Notes: generated from the sequence alone by a model not told the origin. 56,048 nt of DNA from Gammaproteobacteria bacterium (GCA_030655395.1 JAURVQ010000039.1:1-56048), one strand, 5' to 3'; positions 6,916 through 16,053 are shown, counted from the stretch's first letter. Program-made: numbers and translations.

Positions 6916-9396
6916 TCACATCTCCCGCATTATGGCCTGTAGTCTGTCGGTGACCTCCACGATGGAATCGCGGCGGCTGAATTTGACGGGTGCGCCGAAG
7001 CGTACCGTGACCACGCCGCGTCTTCTGGGCATGATCCTGGCGCAAGGCACAATGGTGTTTGTGCCGCTGATTTTCAGCGGCACGACACAGGTATCCGCTG
7101 CGATGGCGATGAGGCCGGCGCCGCGCTGTAGCGGAAGCAGGGCGCCGCTTTCGCTCATCCTTCCCTCCGGGTAAACGACCACGCACCAGCCCCGGTCCAG
7201 CAGCCTGCCCGCATAATCGAGGCCGTGTTGGATGTGCTCGTGTTCGTGGCGCGGGAAGGGAAAGGTATTGAAGGCAAACTCCAGCAGCCAGGCGACATGT
7301 CTGAATTCCCCATAGACCACGTCCTGCGCCGCGGCGAAGGCCAGTCGTTTCCGGATGCGATAGGGCAAGGCCATCAACACGGCGAGGGAGTCGAGATAGC
7401 TCGTGTGATTGGGCATGAAGACGGCGGGCAGCTGAAGCGTATCGAGATGCTCAAGTCCCTCAATCTTGAGTTTCATGAAGATGCGCACCAACGGAAACAC
7501 CAGCAGGGATTGCAGCGCAGTTCTCAGCCAGGACACCCAGCGCGTCAGCAGCCAGCCCTTGAAGCGCTGCCTTGCCCGTGGCGCGCTTGCCGCGCGGATC
7601 ATCGCATCGAGTTGCGCAACCGTGGTGGTGTGGGTGATCTCCGTTTCATCAACGACAACGCCGAAACGTTCCTCGATGCGCGTCACCAGTTCGATGCGCA
7701 GCAGTGAATCCAGATTAAGTTCCGCCACCAGTTGCGTGGCGTCAGTGATGCGCGCAAGCGGCTGGCCGGTGAGCGAAGCCAGCAGGCGCATGAGTGCGGT
7801 TTTCTCGCCGTGAGCGGCAGCCTCGACGCCTGTGTTGTGCGTTATAAGGTGGGCCATCACCGGTTCGCGCTTTATCTTGTGCGTGGCGGAGCGCGGAAAG
7901 TCGTCGTGCGGCCAGAGTGACCAGCTCGTGATGCGCTGATACGATGCAAGCCGCTGGTTGGCGGCGGCGATAATGTCGGCCATGTGCGCGTCTGGCGCCG
8001 AAGAATCGATCAACACCACGGCGTGGATATCGACGTGGCCGCCCGGCTTGTCTAGCCCCAGTACGCAGCTATCCTTTACGCCGGAAATTTTATTGAGCTC
8101 GCCCTCGATGTCTTCGGGATAGACGTTCTGGGCGCCGGGGCCCTTGATCATGTATTTCTTTCTGCCCTTGATATACAAAAATCCGTCCTGATCCAGTGCC
8201 CCGATATCGCCGGTGAGAAACCATCCCTCCGCGTCGAACGCCGCGCACGTCTTTTGCTCGTTGTTAAAGTAGCCGAGGAATACATTCGGCCCCTTGACCA
8301 GTATCTCCCCGTCGGCGGCGATCTTGACGGCAACGCCCGGCAAGGCGCGCCCCACTGTGCCGGTGCGATGATGCTGGCGGGAGTTGTTGGCCACCACGGG
8401 CGAGGTCTCGGTGAGGCCGTAACCCTGTAACAGGGTGATGCCCAGCGCTTCCCATTTTTGTTCCAGCTCCACGTCGAGCGGCGCGCCGCCGCAGGCGATG
8501 GTGTCCAGCCTGCCGCCCAATGTTTTGTGTACCGGAAAAAACAACAGGCGTTGCAGCGGCTTGAGGGAGAGGCGCTGCGACATACGCCGCCAAGCCGCGA
8601 GCGGAAAATGGCTTGCCGCCGCACGCTCCTCGATTTTACTCATCATCACCTTGAGGAACTCGGGTACGGCGACCATTTTTGTGATGCGGTGCTGCGCGAG
8701 CAGACCGGCAATCGCCGCGGGCGTGGGGGCAAACACGATGCACGCGCCGGCGGTGAACGGCAGCAGAAACCCGGCCGTCTGCTCCAGGATATGGCTCAAG
8801 GGGAGAATGGAGAGCAGGCGGTCTTGGGTCGAGAGCGGGATGCTTGCGGCGAGCGCGCTCACGTTGGAGTACAGATTGGCATGCGTGAGCATCACCCCCT
8901 TCGGCTCGCCCGTGGTGCCGGAGGTGTACATGATTTCGATCAGATCATGTTCCAACGCCTGCACCTTTTTGAACGCAGCAGCGTTAATGCCGGAAACCTC
9001 TTCCTTGATGAGTTCGATGTCGTAAACCGGCACACCACCGGGCAGTGCTTCTTTGAGGTACCGGTATTTGAAAATGATCTTCGCGCCGGTGTGGTTGACG
9101 ATATCAGCGATCATCTGCGCGGTGCTCTGGATATTAAGCGGCACCACCACCGCGCCGCACAGCAGCGTGGCCCAGAACACGCAAATCCAGTAAGGCGAGT
9201 TGGGGGCCAGCACGATCACGCGGTCGCCCCGCGTTACGCCGCGCTGCTGGAGCAGGCAGGCGATTTTGCGCGCGAGCTCATGCGCCTCGCGGTAATTCAG
9301 CGTCACGGTGCGGTAGCCCATGCGCATGACCAGTGCGGTACGCTCAGGGAATTCCTGCGCGCTTCGTTCCAGAATGTGCGTCAGCAGCATCGTCAA
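6916..9396 (-). CDS. Tri-domain fusion: AMP-dependent acyl ligase + carrier (PP-binding) domain + PlsC-type acyltransferase
   Basis: Adenylation motif YTSGTTGEPKGVMLTH. Carrier motif ELNLDSLLRIELV. Acyltransferase motifs NHTSYLD (HX4D) and VYPEGRMS. Confidence 0.85.
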   Translation of the reverse strand: MTMLLTHILERSAQEFPERTALVMRMGYRTVTLNYREAHELARKIACLLQQRGVTRGDRVIVLAPNSPYWICVFWATLLCGAVVVPLNIQSTAQMIADIVNHTGAKIIFKYRYLKEALPGGVPVYDIELIKEEVSGINAAAFKKVQALEHDLIEIMYTSGTTGEPKGVMLTHANLYSNVSALAASIPLSTQDRLLSILPLSHILEQTAGFLLPFTAGACIVFAPTPAAIAGLLAQHRITKMVAVPEFLKVMMSKIEERAAASHFPLAAWRRMSQRLSLKPLQRLLFFPVHKTLGGRLDTIACGGAPLDVELEQKWEALGITLLQGYGLTETSPVVANNSRQHHRTGTVGRALPGVAVKIAADGEILVKGPNVFLGYFNNEQKTCAAFDAEGWFLTGDIGALDQDGFLYIKGRKKYMIKGPGAQNVYPEDIEGELNKISGVKDSCVLGLDKPGGHVDIHAVVLIDSSAPDAHMADIIAAANQRLASYQRITSWSLWPHDDFPRSATHKIKREPVMAHLITHNTGVEAAAHGEKTALMRLLASLTGQPLARITDATQLVAELNLDSLLRIELVTRIEERFGVVVDETEITHTTTVAQLDAMIRAASAPRARQRFKGWLLTRWVSWLRTALQSLLVFPLVRIFMKLKIEGLEHLDTLQLPAVFMPNHTSYLDSLAVLMALPYRIRKRLAFAAAQDVVYGEFRHVAWLLEFAFNTFPFPRHEHEHIQHGLDYAGRLLDRGWCVVVYPEGRMSESGALLPLQRGAGLIAIAADTCVVPLKISGTNTIVPCARIMPRRRGVVTVRFGAPVKFSRRDSIVEVTDRLQAIMREM

Positions 9397-9462
9397 CTCC
9401 GAGTTCTCTTATAGTTTAAATTGAGCCATTCTCGCGCCGGTTTCCTTGATCTGCGACAAGAT

Positions 9463-10344
9463 TCAGGCTGGGCGCGCCGCCGAGAATTCCGCCAGCGCCT
9501 GATATATCCCCTGGGTGACGCGGGTGAACGCGGCGTAATTGATCTTGTCCGCCGTGTCTCCGGCGGTGTGATAGAAGGGATTACGGTGAAACGCGGTGTC
9601 CGTGATCATCAGCGCGCGGTAGCCCTGGCGCCAGAAGGAAAAGTGATCGCTCAATGCGACGCCGGGGACAAGAAAGGAGGTGGCCAGCTGCTGCGCGGGA
9701 AAATCGGAGTGGGCGCGGAACAGGGAGGTGAACAGGCGCAGCAGGGAGCGTGAGCGCAAATCGGAAACAAAGGCGATGAAGTCGCCCTTGCCGGGGTAAA
9801 AATATTTGAGCAGTGGCGGGTAGCTCTGACTGCCCTCCGTTGTACTGTAATAGCCGAGCATTTCGAGCGCGATCATGAGTTGGATGTCGTCGCCGCGCCT
9901 GCGTGCCGCGCGTGCGTAGACCAGGCTGCCCATGGTATTCCAGAAGAAGAAAGGCGACTCTTCATTCACAAAGGCGACAAAGCGCACCGTACGCTCCGGC
10001 GTGAGCGCGGCGAAGAGACGGGAAATTTCCAACAGCGCTGCGACGCCGCTGGCGTTGTCATCGGCGCCCGGGCTGCCCGCGACGGTATCGTAATGCGCGC
10101 CGATGAGTATGATTTCATCGGGCTTGACGCTGCCGTGGCGCGTGACCTCGAGATTGGAGCAGGCCACGCCGGAGACGGAATAGGTTTGCGGGTTCACCGT
10201 ATAGCCCTGCTGCTGCCACTCCTGCGTGATGTAAGCGGCGGCGGCATGCAGCGCCTGCGGGCGAAATACATTGCGCTCGCCGATGACATCGGAAAGCTCC
10301 CGCACATGGGCCGTAAGGCGCGCCGCCGTGATTTCAGTAGTCAC
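9463..10344 (-). CDS. M28-family metallopeptidase (no signal peptide seen)
   Basis: GAHYDTV, DDNASGVAALLE, FVAFVNEE. Start placed at GTG 10344, which overlaps the hypD stop (GTGA). The upstream part of the 418-aa ORF overlaps hypD and looks non-coding (Arg/Cys-rich). Confidence 0.75.
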   Translation of the reverse strand: MTTEITAARLTAHVRELSDVIGERNVFRPQALHAAAAYITQEWQQQGYTVNPQTYSVSGVACSNLEVTRHGSVKPDEIILIGAHYDTVAGSPGADDNASGVAALLEISRLFAALTPERTVRFVAFVNEESPFFFWNTMGSLVYARAARRRGDDIQLMIALEMLGYYSTTEGSQSYPPLLKYFYPGKGDFIAFVSDLRSRSLLRLFTSLFRAHSDFPAQQLATSFLVPGVALSDHFSFWRQGYRALMITDTAFHRNPFYHTAGDTADKINYAAFTRVTQGIYQALAEFSAARPA

Positions 10345-11438
10345 GCCGCGTCGGCGCGCACGCCGCCGGACCACCAGATGCGGCAGGCGCCTTCGTCCGA
10401 TACCATGCAGGGGCCGATCGGGGTGCGCGGTGTGCAGGCGCGGCCGTAGAGTTTGCACGCGTCGGGATAGATCTGGCCGAGCACCACGCGCGCGCAGTCG
10501 CAGCCCGGCGGCATTTCGCCGCTGCGTTTGCGCGCCGTCTCCAAGGCAACAGGAAACTGGCGTCGCGCATCGTGCGCCTGCAGCGCAGGTTTCAATGCAA
10601 AGCCCGAGGCGGGGATGGTGCCGATGCCGCGCCATGCGGCATCTTCCACATCCATCGTGGCGGCGAGCAGTTTTTGCGCGCGTGGATTCCCCTGCGGCTG
10701 CACCGCTTCCGGGTAGCAATTATCCAGAAAGAATTCATTTTCGCTCAACTGGCGCAGCGTGGAATAGGTGGCCGCCAGCAGTGACTCGGGCGTGAAGCCC
10801 GCCACCGCAGCGGGGATGTGATGTTGCTCCACCACAAAGCGCCACTGCTCCGGCCCCATCACCGTGGCGACATGGCCCGGCGCGATGAGCGCGTCGAAGC
10901 CGGGCGCGCCGGAGTCGAGCAGCATGGCGACCGCGGGCCAGGTCAGCCGTCCGGAGAGCAGGATGAACAGATTCTGCGGCAGACCCTGTGCCAGCAGGGC
11001 GGCAATGGGCGCCATCGTGGTTTCGAATCCGGCCGCGAAAAACACTACCGCCTTTGCGCTGTTCTGCTGCGCGATGGCCACCGCCTCGCCCGGCGTTGCG
11101 AGCGCGCGGATGTCGGCGCCTGCCGCCCTGGCCTGTTCGAGCGAACGGATTTCGCCCTTGGCAACATTCACCGGCACGCGCAGCATGTCGCCGAAGGCGG
11201 TGAGGATAATATCCTCGTGCAGCGCGAGCTGGATGGCGTGCAAGATGTCCTGCTCGGGGCAGATGCACACCGGGCAGCCGGGGCCGGGAATCAGCTCGAT
11301 GTTGCGCGGCAGCGCCGTGCGCAGACCGGCGTGCGTGATGGTGCGCTCATGTCCGCCGCACACATTCATGATGCGCACCTTGCGCGGCAACGGCAGGGCG
11401 CGAATCTTTTCCAGCCACGCTGCCGCGGAGAGCGTCAT
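10341..11438 (-). CDS. hypD: Hydrogenase maturation protein HypD
   Basis: MNVCGGHE...PGPGCPVCICP motifs. Confidence 0.95.
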   Translation of the reverse strand: MTLSAAAWLEKIRALPLPRKVRIMNVCGGHERTITHAGLRTALPRNIELIPGPGCPVCICPEQDILHAIQLALHEDIILTAFGDMLRVPVNVAKGEIRSLEQARAAGADIRALATPGEAVAIAQQNSAKAVVFFAAGFETTMAPIAALLAQGLPQNLFILLSGRLTWPAVAMLLDSGAPGFDALIAPGHVATVMGPEQWRFVVEQHHIPAAVAGFTPESLLAATYSTLRQLSENEFFLDNCYPEAVQPQGNPRAQKLLAATMDVEDAAWRGIGTIPASGFALKPALQAHDARRQFPVALETARKRSGEMPPGCDCARVVLGQIYPDACKLYGRACTPRTPIGPCMVSDEGACRIWWSGGVRADAA

Positions 11439-11444
11439 CGTTAT

Positions 11445-12254
11445 TCAGCCCGCCGCATGCGCGTGCGCAACAACAGCAGCCGGAGTATGGGCGCGCCGCG
11501 CGGCGACCTGCATGCGCAGCCAGTCCAGCCAGCCTTCGAGACCAGCCCCGGTTTTGGCTGAGAGCCGGAACAGCGGCGCAGGGTTGGCCAGTTGGCGCAG
11601 ACAGTGCTCCGCTTTTTCGGGATCGAAATCGTCCAGCACCGGCAACAGGTCGGTCTTGGTAAGCAGGACCAGTCCCGCCGCGCGGAACATGACGGGATAT
11701 TTGGCGGGCTTGTCGTCGCCTTCGGTCACTGAAAGCAGTGTGACGTTGTGATGCTGGCCCAGATCAAAACTCGCCGGGCACACCAGATTGCCGACGTTTT
11801 CGATGAACACGATGTCGAGGCCGTCGAGCCGGATGTGATGCAGGGCGTCGTGCACCATGTGCGCATCGAGGTGGCATGCGGTGCCGGTGGTGATCTGCAC
11901 GGCGGGCACGCCTTTGGCGCGAATGCGCGCGGCGTCATTTTCGGTTTCGAGATCACCTTCGATCACGGCTAGGCTGAATTCATGCTTGAGCGCGTCGATG
12001 GTCGCCTCCAGCAGCGCGGTCTTGCCCGCGCCCGGCGCAGACATCAGGTTGACGGCGAGCACGCCGTGGCTGTCGAAGTGCGCGCGGTTGTGCGCCGCCT
12101 GGCGGTCGTTCTCGGCCAGCAGGTTGCCGAGCACCATCACCGCATTCGTGCCGGCGAACGGTTTGTAGATCAGATGCCGGTTGCCCGGCGTGATGTTGCA
12201 GCCGCAGGTGTTACACACAGGCCACCTCTGTTTCTGTTGTGGGTGGATCGGCAA
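11445..12254 (-). CDS. hypB: Hydrogenase nickel-incorporation GTPase HypB
   Basis: CNTCGC metal-binding N-terminus and P-loop SAPGAGKTALL. The true start may be GTG 12218 (VCNTCGC), which would leave only an 8-nt overlap with hypA. Confidence 0.9.
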   Translation of the reverse strand: MPIHPQQKQRWPVCNTCGCNITPGNRHLIYKPFAGTNAVMVLGNLLAENDRQAAHNRAHFDSHGVLAVNLMSAPGAGKTALLEATIDALKHEFSLAVIEGDLETENDAARIRAKGVPAVQITTGTACHLDAHMVHDALHHIRLDGLDIVFIENVGNLVCPASFDLGQHHNVTLLSVTEGDDKPAKYPVMFRAAGLVLLTKTDLLPVLDDFDPEKAEHCLRQLANPAPLFRLSAKTGAGLEGWLDWLRMQVAARRAHTPAAVVAHAHAAG

Positions 12255-12594
12255 TAATCAAGCCGACGCTTTCCAATATCATCTCGTTGCCGCTCACCAG
12301 CCGCGTGCGCCAGTTGCCGCACTGCGCGCACACCAGGCAATTGATCGTGGCCTCTGTCTCGCTGTCGCACTGCGCGCAATGTACGCGCACCGGCGCGCGC
12401 CGGATCACCAGCCGAGCCTCGCTCGCCAGCGTGCCGCGGCTGGCGAGCGGAAACACCTGCTCCAGCAGCGCGGCCTCCACGCCCGAGAGCGGGCCGATGT
12501 GCACGCGGATGACGTCGATGGCGCGCGCCTGCCGCTGCCGCGCGACGGCCTCGGCCTGCTTCAGCAGTGCGCGGCAAATGGAGAGTTCATGCAT
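12211..12594 (-). CDS. hypA: Hydrogenase nickel-insertion protein HypA
   Basis: MHELSICRALL... with CAQC...CAQC zinc motif. Start at ATG 12594, not the ORF-track maximum. Confidence 0.85.
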   Translation of the reverse strand: MHELSICRALLKQAEAVARQRQARAIDVIRVHIGPLSGVEAALLEQVFPLASRGTLASEARLVIRRAPVRVHCAQCDSETEATINCLVCAQCGNWRTRLVSGNEMILESVGLIIADPPTTETEVACV

Positions 12595-12817
12595 GGGGAG
12601 TGTGCGCCTGCATCTGGTCGTGGAGTTCCCATGCCGAGCGCGCGTGCGGCGCGGAAATTTTCTGGATGGCGTAACCCACGTGCACCAGCACAAACTCGCC
12701 CGCCGCAAGCGGGGCATCCAGCAAAAACAGATTGACCGTGCGCTCCACGCCGTTGGCGTTGCAGCGCGCGGTAACTCCGTCCAGTTCTATCACCTGCATG
12801 GGAACGGCGAGGCACAT
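12587..12817 (-). CDS. hypC: Hydrogenase assembly chaperone HypC
   Basis: MCLAVPMQVIEL... is the canonical N-terminal Cys. Start at ATG 12817. Confidence 0.9.
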   Translation of the reverse strand: MCLAVPMQVIELDGVTARCNANGVERTVNLFLLDAPLAAGEFVLVHVGYAIQKISAPHARSAWELHDQMQAHTPHA

Positions 12818-12910
12818 GACGCCCTCCATCGGGCCGGAGTACTCGATGGCTTCATATTACGCCGCCCGGGGGCAAGATCAAGCATGGACGTCCGCAGAAA
12901 GACGCATATC

Positions 12911-12924
12911 TTGCGCTAGATCAA
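12911..12924. promoter_or_regulatory. FNR/CRP-family box (TTGCG-CTAG-ATCAA) in the hypC / archease divergent region
   Basis: 8/10 match to TTGAT-N4-ATCAA. Shares CTAGATCAAA with the perfect site at 23302. Confidence 0.5.
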
Positions 12925-12959
12925 ATGGCCGCCCCGGTTCCTGTGTTAGCCTTGAACCG

Positions 12960-13370
12960 ATGATGAGTTACAGCTATTTCGATCACGATGCCGACACCGG
13001 CGTCATCGGCCGCGGCAACACACCGGAGGAGGCCTTTATCTCCGCCGCCGAGGCCATGTTCGCCATCATGGTAAATATCACGATGGTGCACGAAGTGCAG
13101 CATGTGCAATTCGATTTTGAGGAGGAGGACGTGGAGTTTGCGCTCGTGATCTGGCTGAACCGCCTGCTCACCGAGGCGCGCATGCACGGACTCGTCTTCG
13201 GGCGTTTTCATCTGCACCGCAGCGGCGCGCGCTGGGAAGGCGGTGCGTGGGGCGAGTCGTGGCGCGATGCGCTGGAGAAGGGCGTGGAGGTGAAGGGCGC
13301 CACGCTTACCCTGTTGTCCGTGCAGTCCAGCCCCGCAGGGTGGGAGGCGCGCTGTGTGGTTGATGTGTGA
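12960..13370 (+). CDS. Archease (RtcB activator)
   Basis: MMSYSYFDHDADTGVIGRGNTPEEAF...KGATLTLLSV...; start at ATG 12960. Confidence 0.85.
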   Translation: MMSYSYFDHDADTGVIGRGNTPEEAFISAAEAMFAIMVNITMVHEVQHVQFDFEEEDVEFALVIWLNRLLTEARMHGLVFGRFHLHRSGARWEGGAWGESWRDALEKGVEVKGATLTLLSVQSSPAGWEARCVVDV

Positions 13371-13388
13371 GAGCGGCGGAAACCTGAC

Positions 13389-14822
13389 ATGGACATGAGT
13401 CGTCTTGAGAGGCTGGATGAGTACCGCTGGAGCGTGCCGCTCGCTGCGAGCGAAACGCGCGCGCCGGTCTGTCTCTACGGCAGCGAACCGCTGCTTGCCA
13501 GCATGGATGACAAGGTGCTGGAACAGATTACCAATGTAGCGCGGCTCCCCGGCCTGGTCGGCGCCGCGATGACCATGCCCGACGCGCACTGGGGCTACGG
13601 CTTTCCCATCGGCGGTGTCGCCGCCTTCGATGCCGAGCAGGGCGGCATCATCTCCGCGGGCGGCGTGGGGTTCGACATCTCCTGCGGCATCCGCTGCCTG
13701 CGCACCAATCTTGTGATCACCGACATCCTGCCGCAGATGAAAATGCTGGCCGACATCCTGTTTCACACCATCCCCGCCGGCGTGGGCGAAGAAGGCGAGC
13801 TCAAGCTTGCGCCCGCGGAACTCGACCGGGTGCTGGCGGGCGGCGCGCAGTGGGCGGTGAAGCACGGTTACGGTGTGGCGGAAGACCTGGACTATATCGA
13901 GGAGCGCGGCCAGGTGGCGGGCGCGGTGCCGGAGAACGTCTCCGATCATGCCAAGAAACGCCAGCGCGGCGAAATGGGCACGCTGGGTTCCGGCAACCAT
14001 TATCTCGAAGTGCAGGTGGTGGATCGCATTTATGATACGGAGGCGGCGCAGGCCTTTGGCCTGTACGAGGGGCAGGTGGTCGTCTCCATCCACTGCGGCT
14101 CGCGCGGGCTCGGCCATCAGATCGGCACCGAATATCTCATCACGCTCGCCAAGGCCGCGAGCCGTCTGGGCGTCGCACTGCCCGACCGCGAGCTTGCCTG
14201 CGCGCCGATCAATTCACCCGAAGGTCAGCAGTATATCGGCGCGATGAACGCGGCGATCAACTGCGCGCTGGCCAATCGCCAGATACTCGCGCACCTCACG
14301 CGCGAGGCGTTCGCGCGCATCGTGCCCGACGCGCGGCTGGAAACGCTGTTCGATGTTTCGCACAACACCTGCAAGGTGGAGCAGCACAAGGTGGACGGCA
14401 GGCAACGCACGCTCCACGTGCACCGCAAGGGCGCGACGCGCGCCTTCGGCCCCGGTCACCCCGCGCTGCCGGAGCGTTACCGCGCGGTGGGCCAGCCGGT
14501 CATCATCGGCGGCAGCATGGGGACGGGTTCGTATGTGCTGGCCGGCACGCGCGAGAGCGAAACCCGCGCCTGGTCTTCGGCGAGCCACGGCGCGGGCCGC
14601 GCCATGAGCCGCCATCAGGCGCTGCGCCGCTGGAGCGGGCGGCAACTGGTGGATGAACTCGCGGAGCGCGGCATTCTCATCCGCACCCGCTCCATGCGCG
14701 GCGCAGCGGAAGAGGCGCCGGGCGCCTACAAGGATGTGGATCAGGTGGCAGAGGTAACGGAGCAGTCCGGGCTTGCACGCCGCGTGGCCTTTCTGCGCCC
14801 GAAGGCGTGCATCAAGGGTTAA
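13389..14822 (+). CDS. rtcB: RNA 3'-phosphate ligase RtcB
   Basis: GGVGFDISCG, GSGNHYLEVQ, HCGSRGLGHQ, SHGAGR. Confidence 0.95.
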   Translation: MDMSRLERLDEYRWSVPLAASETRAPVCLYGSEPLLASMDDKVLEQITNVARLPGLVGAAMTMPDAHWGYGFPIGGVAAFDAEQGGIISAGGVGFDISCGIRCLRTNLVITDILPQMKMLADILFHTIPAGVGEEGELKLAPAELDRVLAGGAQWAVKHGYGVAEDLDYIEERGQVAGAVPENVSDHAKKRQRGEMGTLGSGNHYLEVQVVDRIYDTEAAQAFGLYEGQVVVSIHCGSRGLGHQIGTEYLITLAKAASRLGVALPDRELACAPINSPEGQQYIGAMNAAINCALANRQILAHLTREAFARIVPDARLETLFDVSHNTCKVEQHKVDGRQRTLHVHRKGATRAFGPGHPALPERYRAVGQPVIIGGSMGTGSYVLAGTRESETRAWSSASHGAGRAMSRHQALRRWSGRQLVDELAERGILIRTRSMRGAAEEAPGAYKDVDQVAEVTEQSGLARRVAFLRPKACIKG

Positions 14823-14838
14823 CGTAGGAGGGAGAGCC

Positions 14839-15486
14839 ATGCTGTTTCAAAACCGCAAGGAAGCCGCACGGCTTCTGGCCGAAAAACTCAAACCGTATCG
14901 CAACAAGAATCCGCTGATACTGGCCATCCCGCGCGGCGCGGTGCCGATGGCGAAAGACATCGCCGCAGCATTACAGGGCGAGATGGACGTCGTGCTGGTG
15001 CGGAAGTTGCGCGCACCGGGCAATCCGGAATTCGCCGTCGGCTCGGTGGACGAGAGCGGCTGGACCTACGTGGCGGACCACGCCGCCGCCGCAGGCGCGA
15101 CGCCGGAGTATATCGAGCAGGAGAAACAGGAGCAGCTTGCGACCATGCGACGCCGCCGCGCGCAGTACACGCCGGTGCATCCGCCCAGTGAGGTGGAAGG
15201 CCGTATCGTCATCGTGGTGGACGATGGCCTGGCCACCGGCGCCACCATGATTTCGGCGCTGCATGCGCTGCGCGCCAAGCAGCCGCAAAAGCTGATTGCG
15301 GCCGTGCCGGTATCGCCGCCGGAAACGCTGCAGAAGGTGACGCAGTACGCCGATGAGGTAGTGTGCCTGCACGCGCCGGAGTATTTTCAGGCCGTGGGCC
15401 AGTTTTACGCCGACTTCCCCCAGGTGGACGATGAAGAAGTGATCGCCCTGCTGCGCGAGAGCAAAACAAGCGCACCGCATGGCTGA
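14839..15486 (+). CDS. Phosphoribosyltransferase-family protein
   Basis: RBS AGGAGGGAG precedes ATG 14839. PRPP-binding loop IVIVVDDGLATGATM. Confidence 0.8.
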   Translation: MLFQNRKEAARLLAEKLKPYRNKNPLILAIPRGAVPMAKDIAAALQGEMDVVLVRKLRAPGNPEFAVGSVDESGWTYVADHAAAAGATPEYIEQEKQEQLATMRRRRAQYTPVHPPSEVEGRIVIVVDDGLATGATMISALHALRAKQPQKLIAAVPVSPPETLQKVTQYADEVVCLHAPEYFQAVGQFYADFPQVDDEEVIALLRESKTSAPHG

Positions 15487-15534
15487 GAAGGAGCAACCGT
15501 CCGAAATCGGCCAATAGCGGACGTTCACATTCGC

Positions 15535-15801
15535 ATGTTGCTTCCGACCTTAGGCGAAGCCGAAGAGGACTGGAAAACTCAGATAACCGTGCGGATAACC
15601 TCTGGCGTCCGATTAAGCACGAGCAGAATTGCGGTATTGCTTTGGCATGAGCTCGAGGGTAGGCTATTTAAACTGGTATACGCCAATGGAAGTGAGTCGC
15701 GCCGAGCAGCCGCATCTCAAATCATCGCAATCTTCCATCCCGCACATTCCCGATCTCATGTATTGATGCCAGTGCACAAGAGCCAGCGGTTGAAATCCTA
15801 G
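15535..15801 (+). CDS. Hypothetical protein (weak call)
   Basis: 88-aa ORF in the island with no recognisable motif and no clear RBS. Confidence 0.2.
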   Translation: MLLPTLGEAEEDWKTQITVRITSGVRLSTSRIAVLLWHELEGRLFKLVYANGSESRRAAASQIIAIFHPAHSRSHVLMPVHKSQRLKS

Positions 15802-15814
15802 GGGAGCAAGAGTC

Positions 15815-16009
15815 ATGGCTAAAGCCCACGAGAACAAGGTACGAGAGCAGATCCGCGTCGAATTCGCTAAACATCGCCGTAAAGAGTGTTCAGTTGTGGA
15901 GTCCAGCAAACTCGCCGGGATTTCGCCTTCCACTTACTACGCTTGGAATAAAGGCGATGCGTGGTCGAAGGCGAGCGGCTGGTCAAAAGGGGACGGCTGG
16001 TCAAAATAG
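15815..16009 (+). CDS. Small HTH protein with repetitive C-terminal tail
   Basis: RBS GGGGAG 8 nt upstream. SSKLAGISPSTYYAWNKG resembles transposase-OrfA/Xis-type HTHs. The tail is DAWSK-ASGWSK-GDGWSK. Confidence 0.5.
   Translation: MAKAHENKVREQIRVEFAKHRRKECSVVESSKLAGISPSTYYAWNKGDAWSKASGWSKGDGWSK
15953..16006 (+). repeat. 3 x 18-bp imperfect tandem repeat
   Basis: ggcgatgcgtggtcgaag / gcgagcggctggtcaaaa / ggggacggctggtcaaaa, ending at the ORF stop, 48 nt upstream of the lipoprotein ATG. Confidence 0.8.
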
Positions 16010-16053
16010 TAACTCTTCGGTGCGGTTTCGCAGCGGAATATACGGGGGTACGT

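Noticed and set aside
9446-9459. FNR-like TTGAT-CTGC-GACAA upstream of the ligase-acyltransferase fusion.
   Set aside because: It is an 8/10 match with a poor second half-site. Candidate -10 elements are 35-42 bp away rather than 32 bp. It is mentioned only as context.
10345-10719. N-terminal 124 codons of the 418-aa ORF 9463-10719.
   Set aside because: They overlap hypD in another frame, have a nonsense-like Arg/Cys composition, and peptidase similarity only starts after GTG 10344.
15493-15529. Hairpin AACCGTCCG...CGGACGTT at the left island boundary, considered as a mini-attC.
   Set aside because: It is ~37 nt, too short for R/L box architecture, and the flanking 7-mers do not fit RYYYAAC / GTTRRRY.
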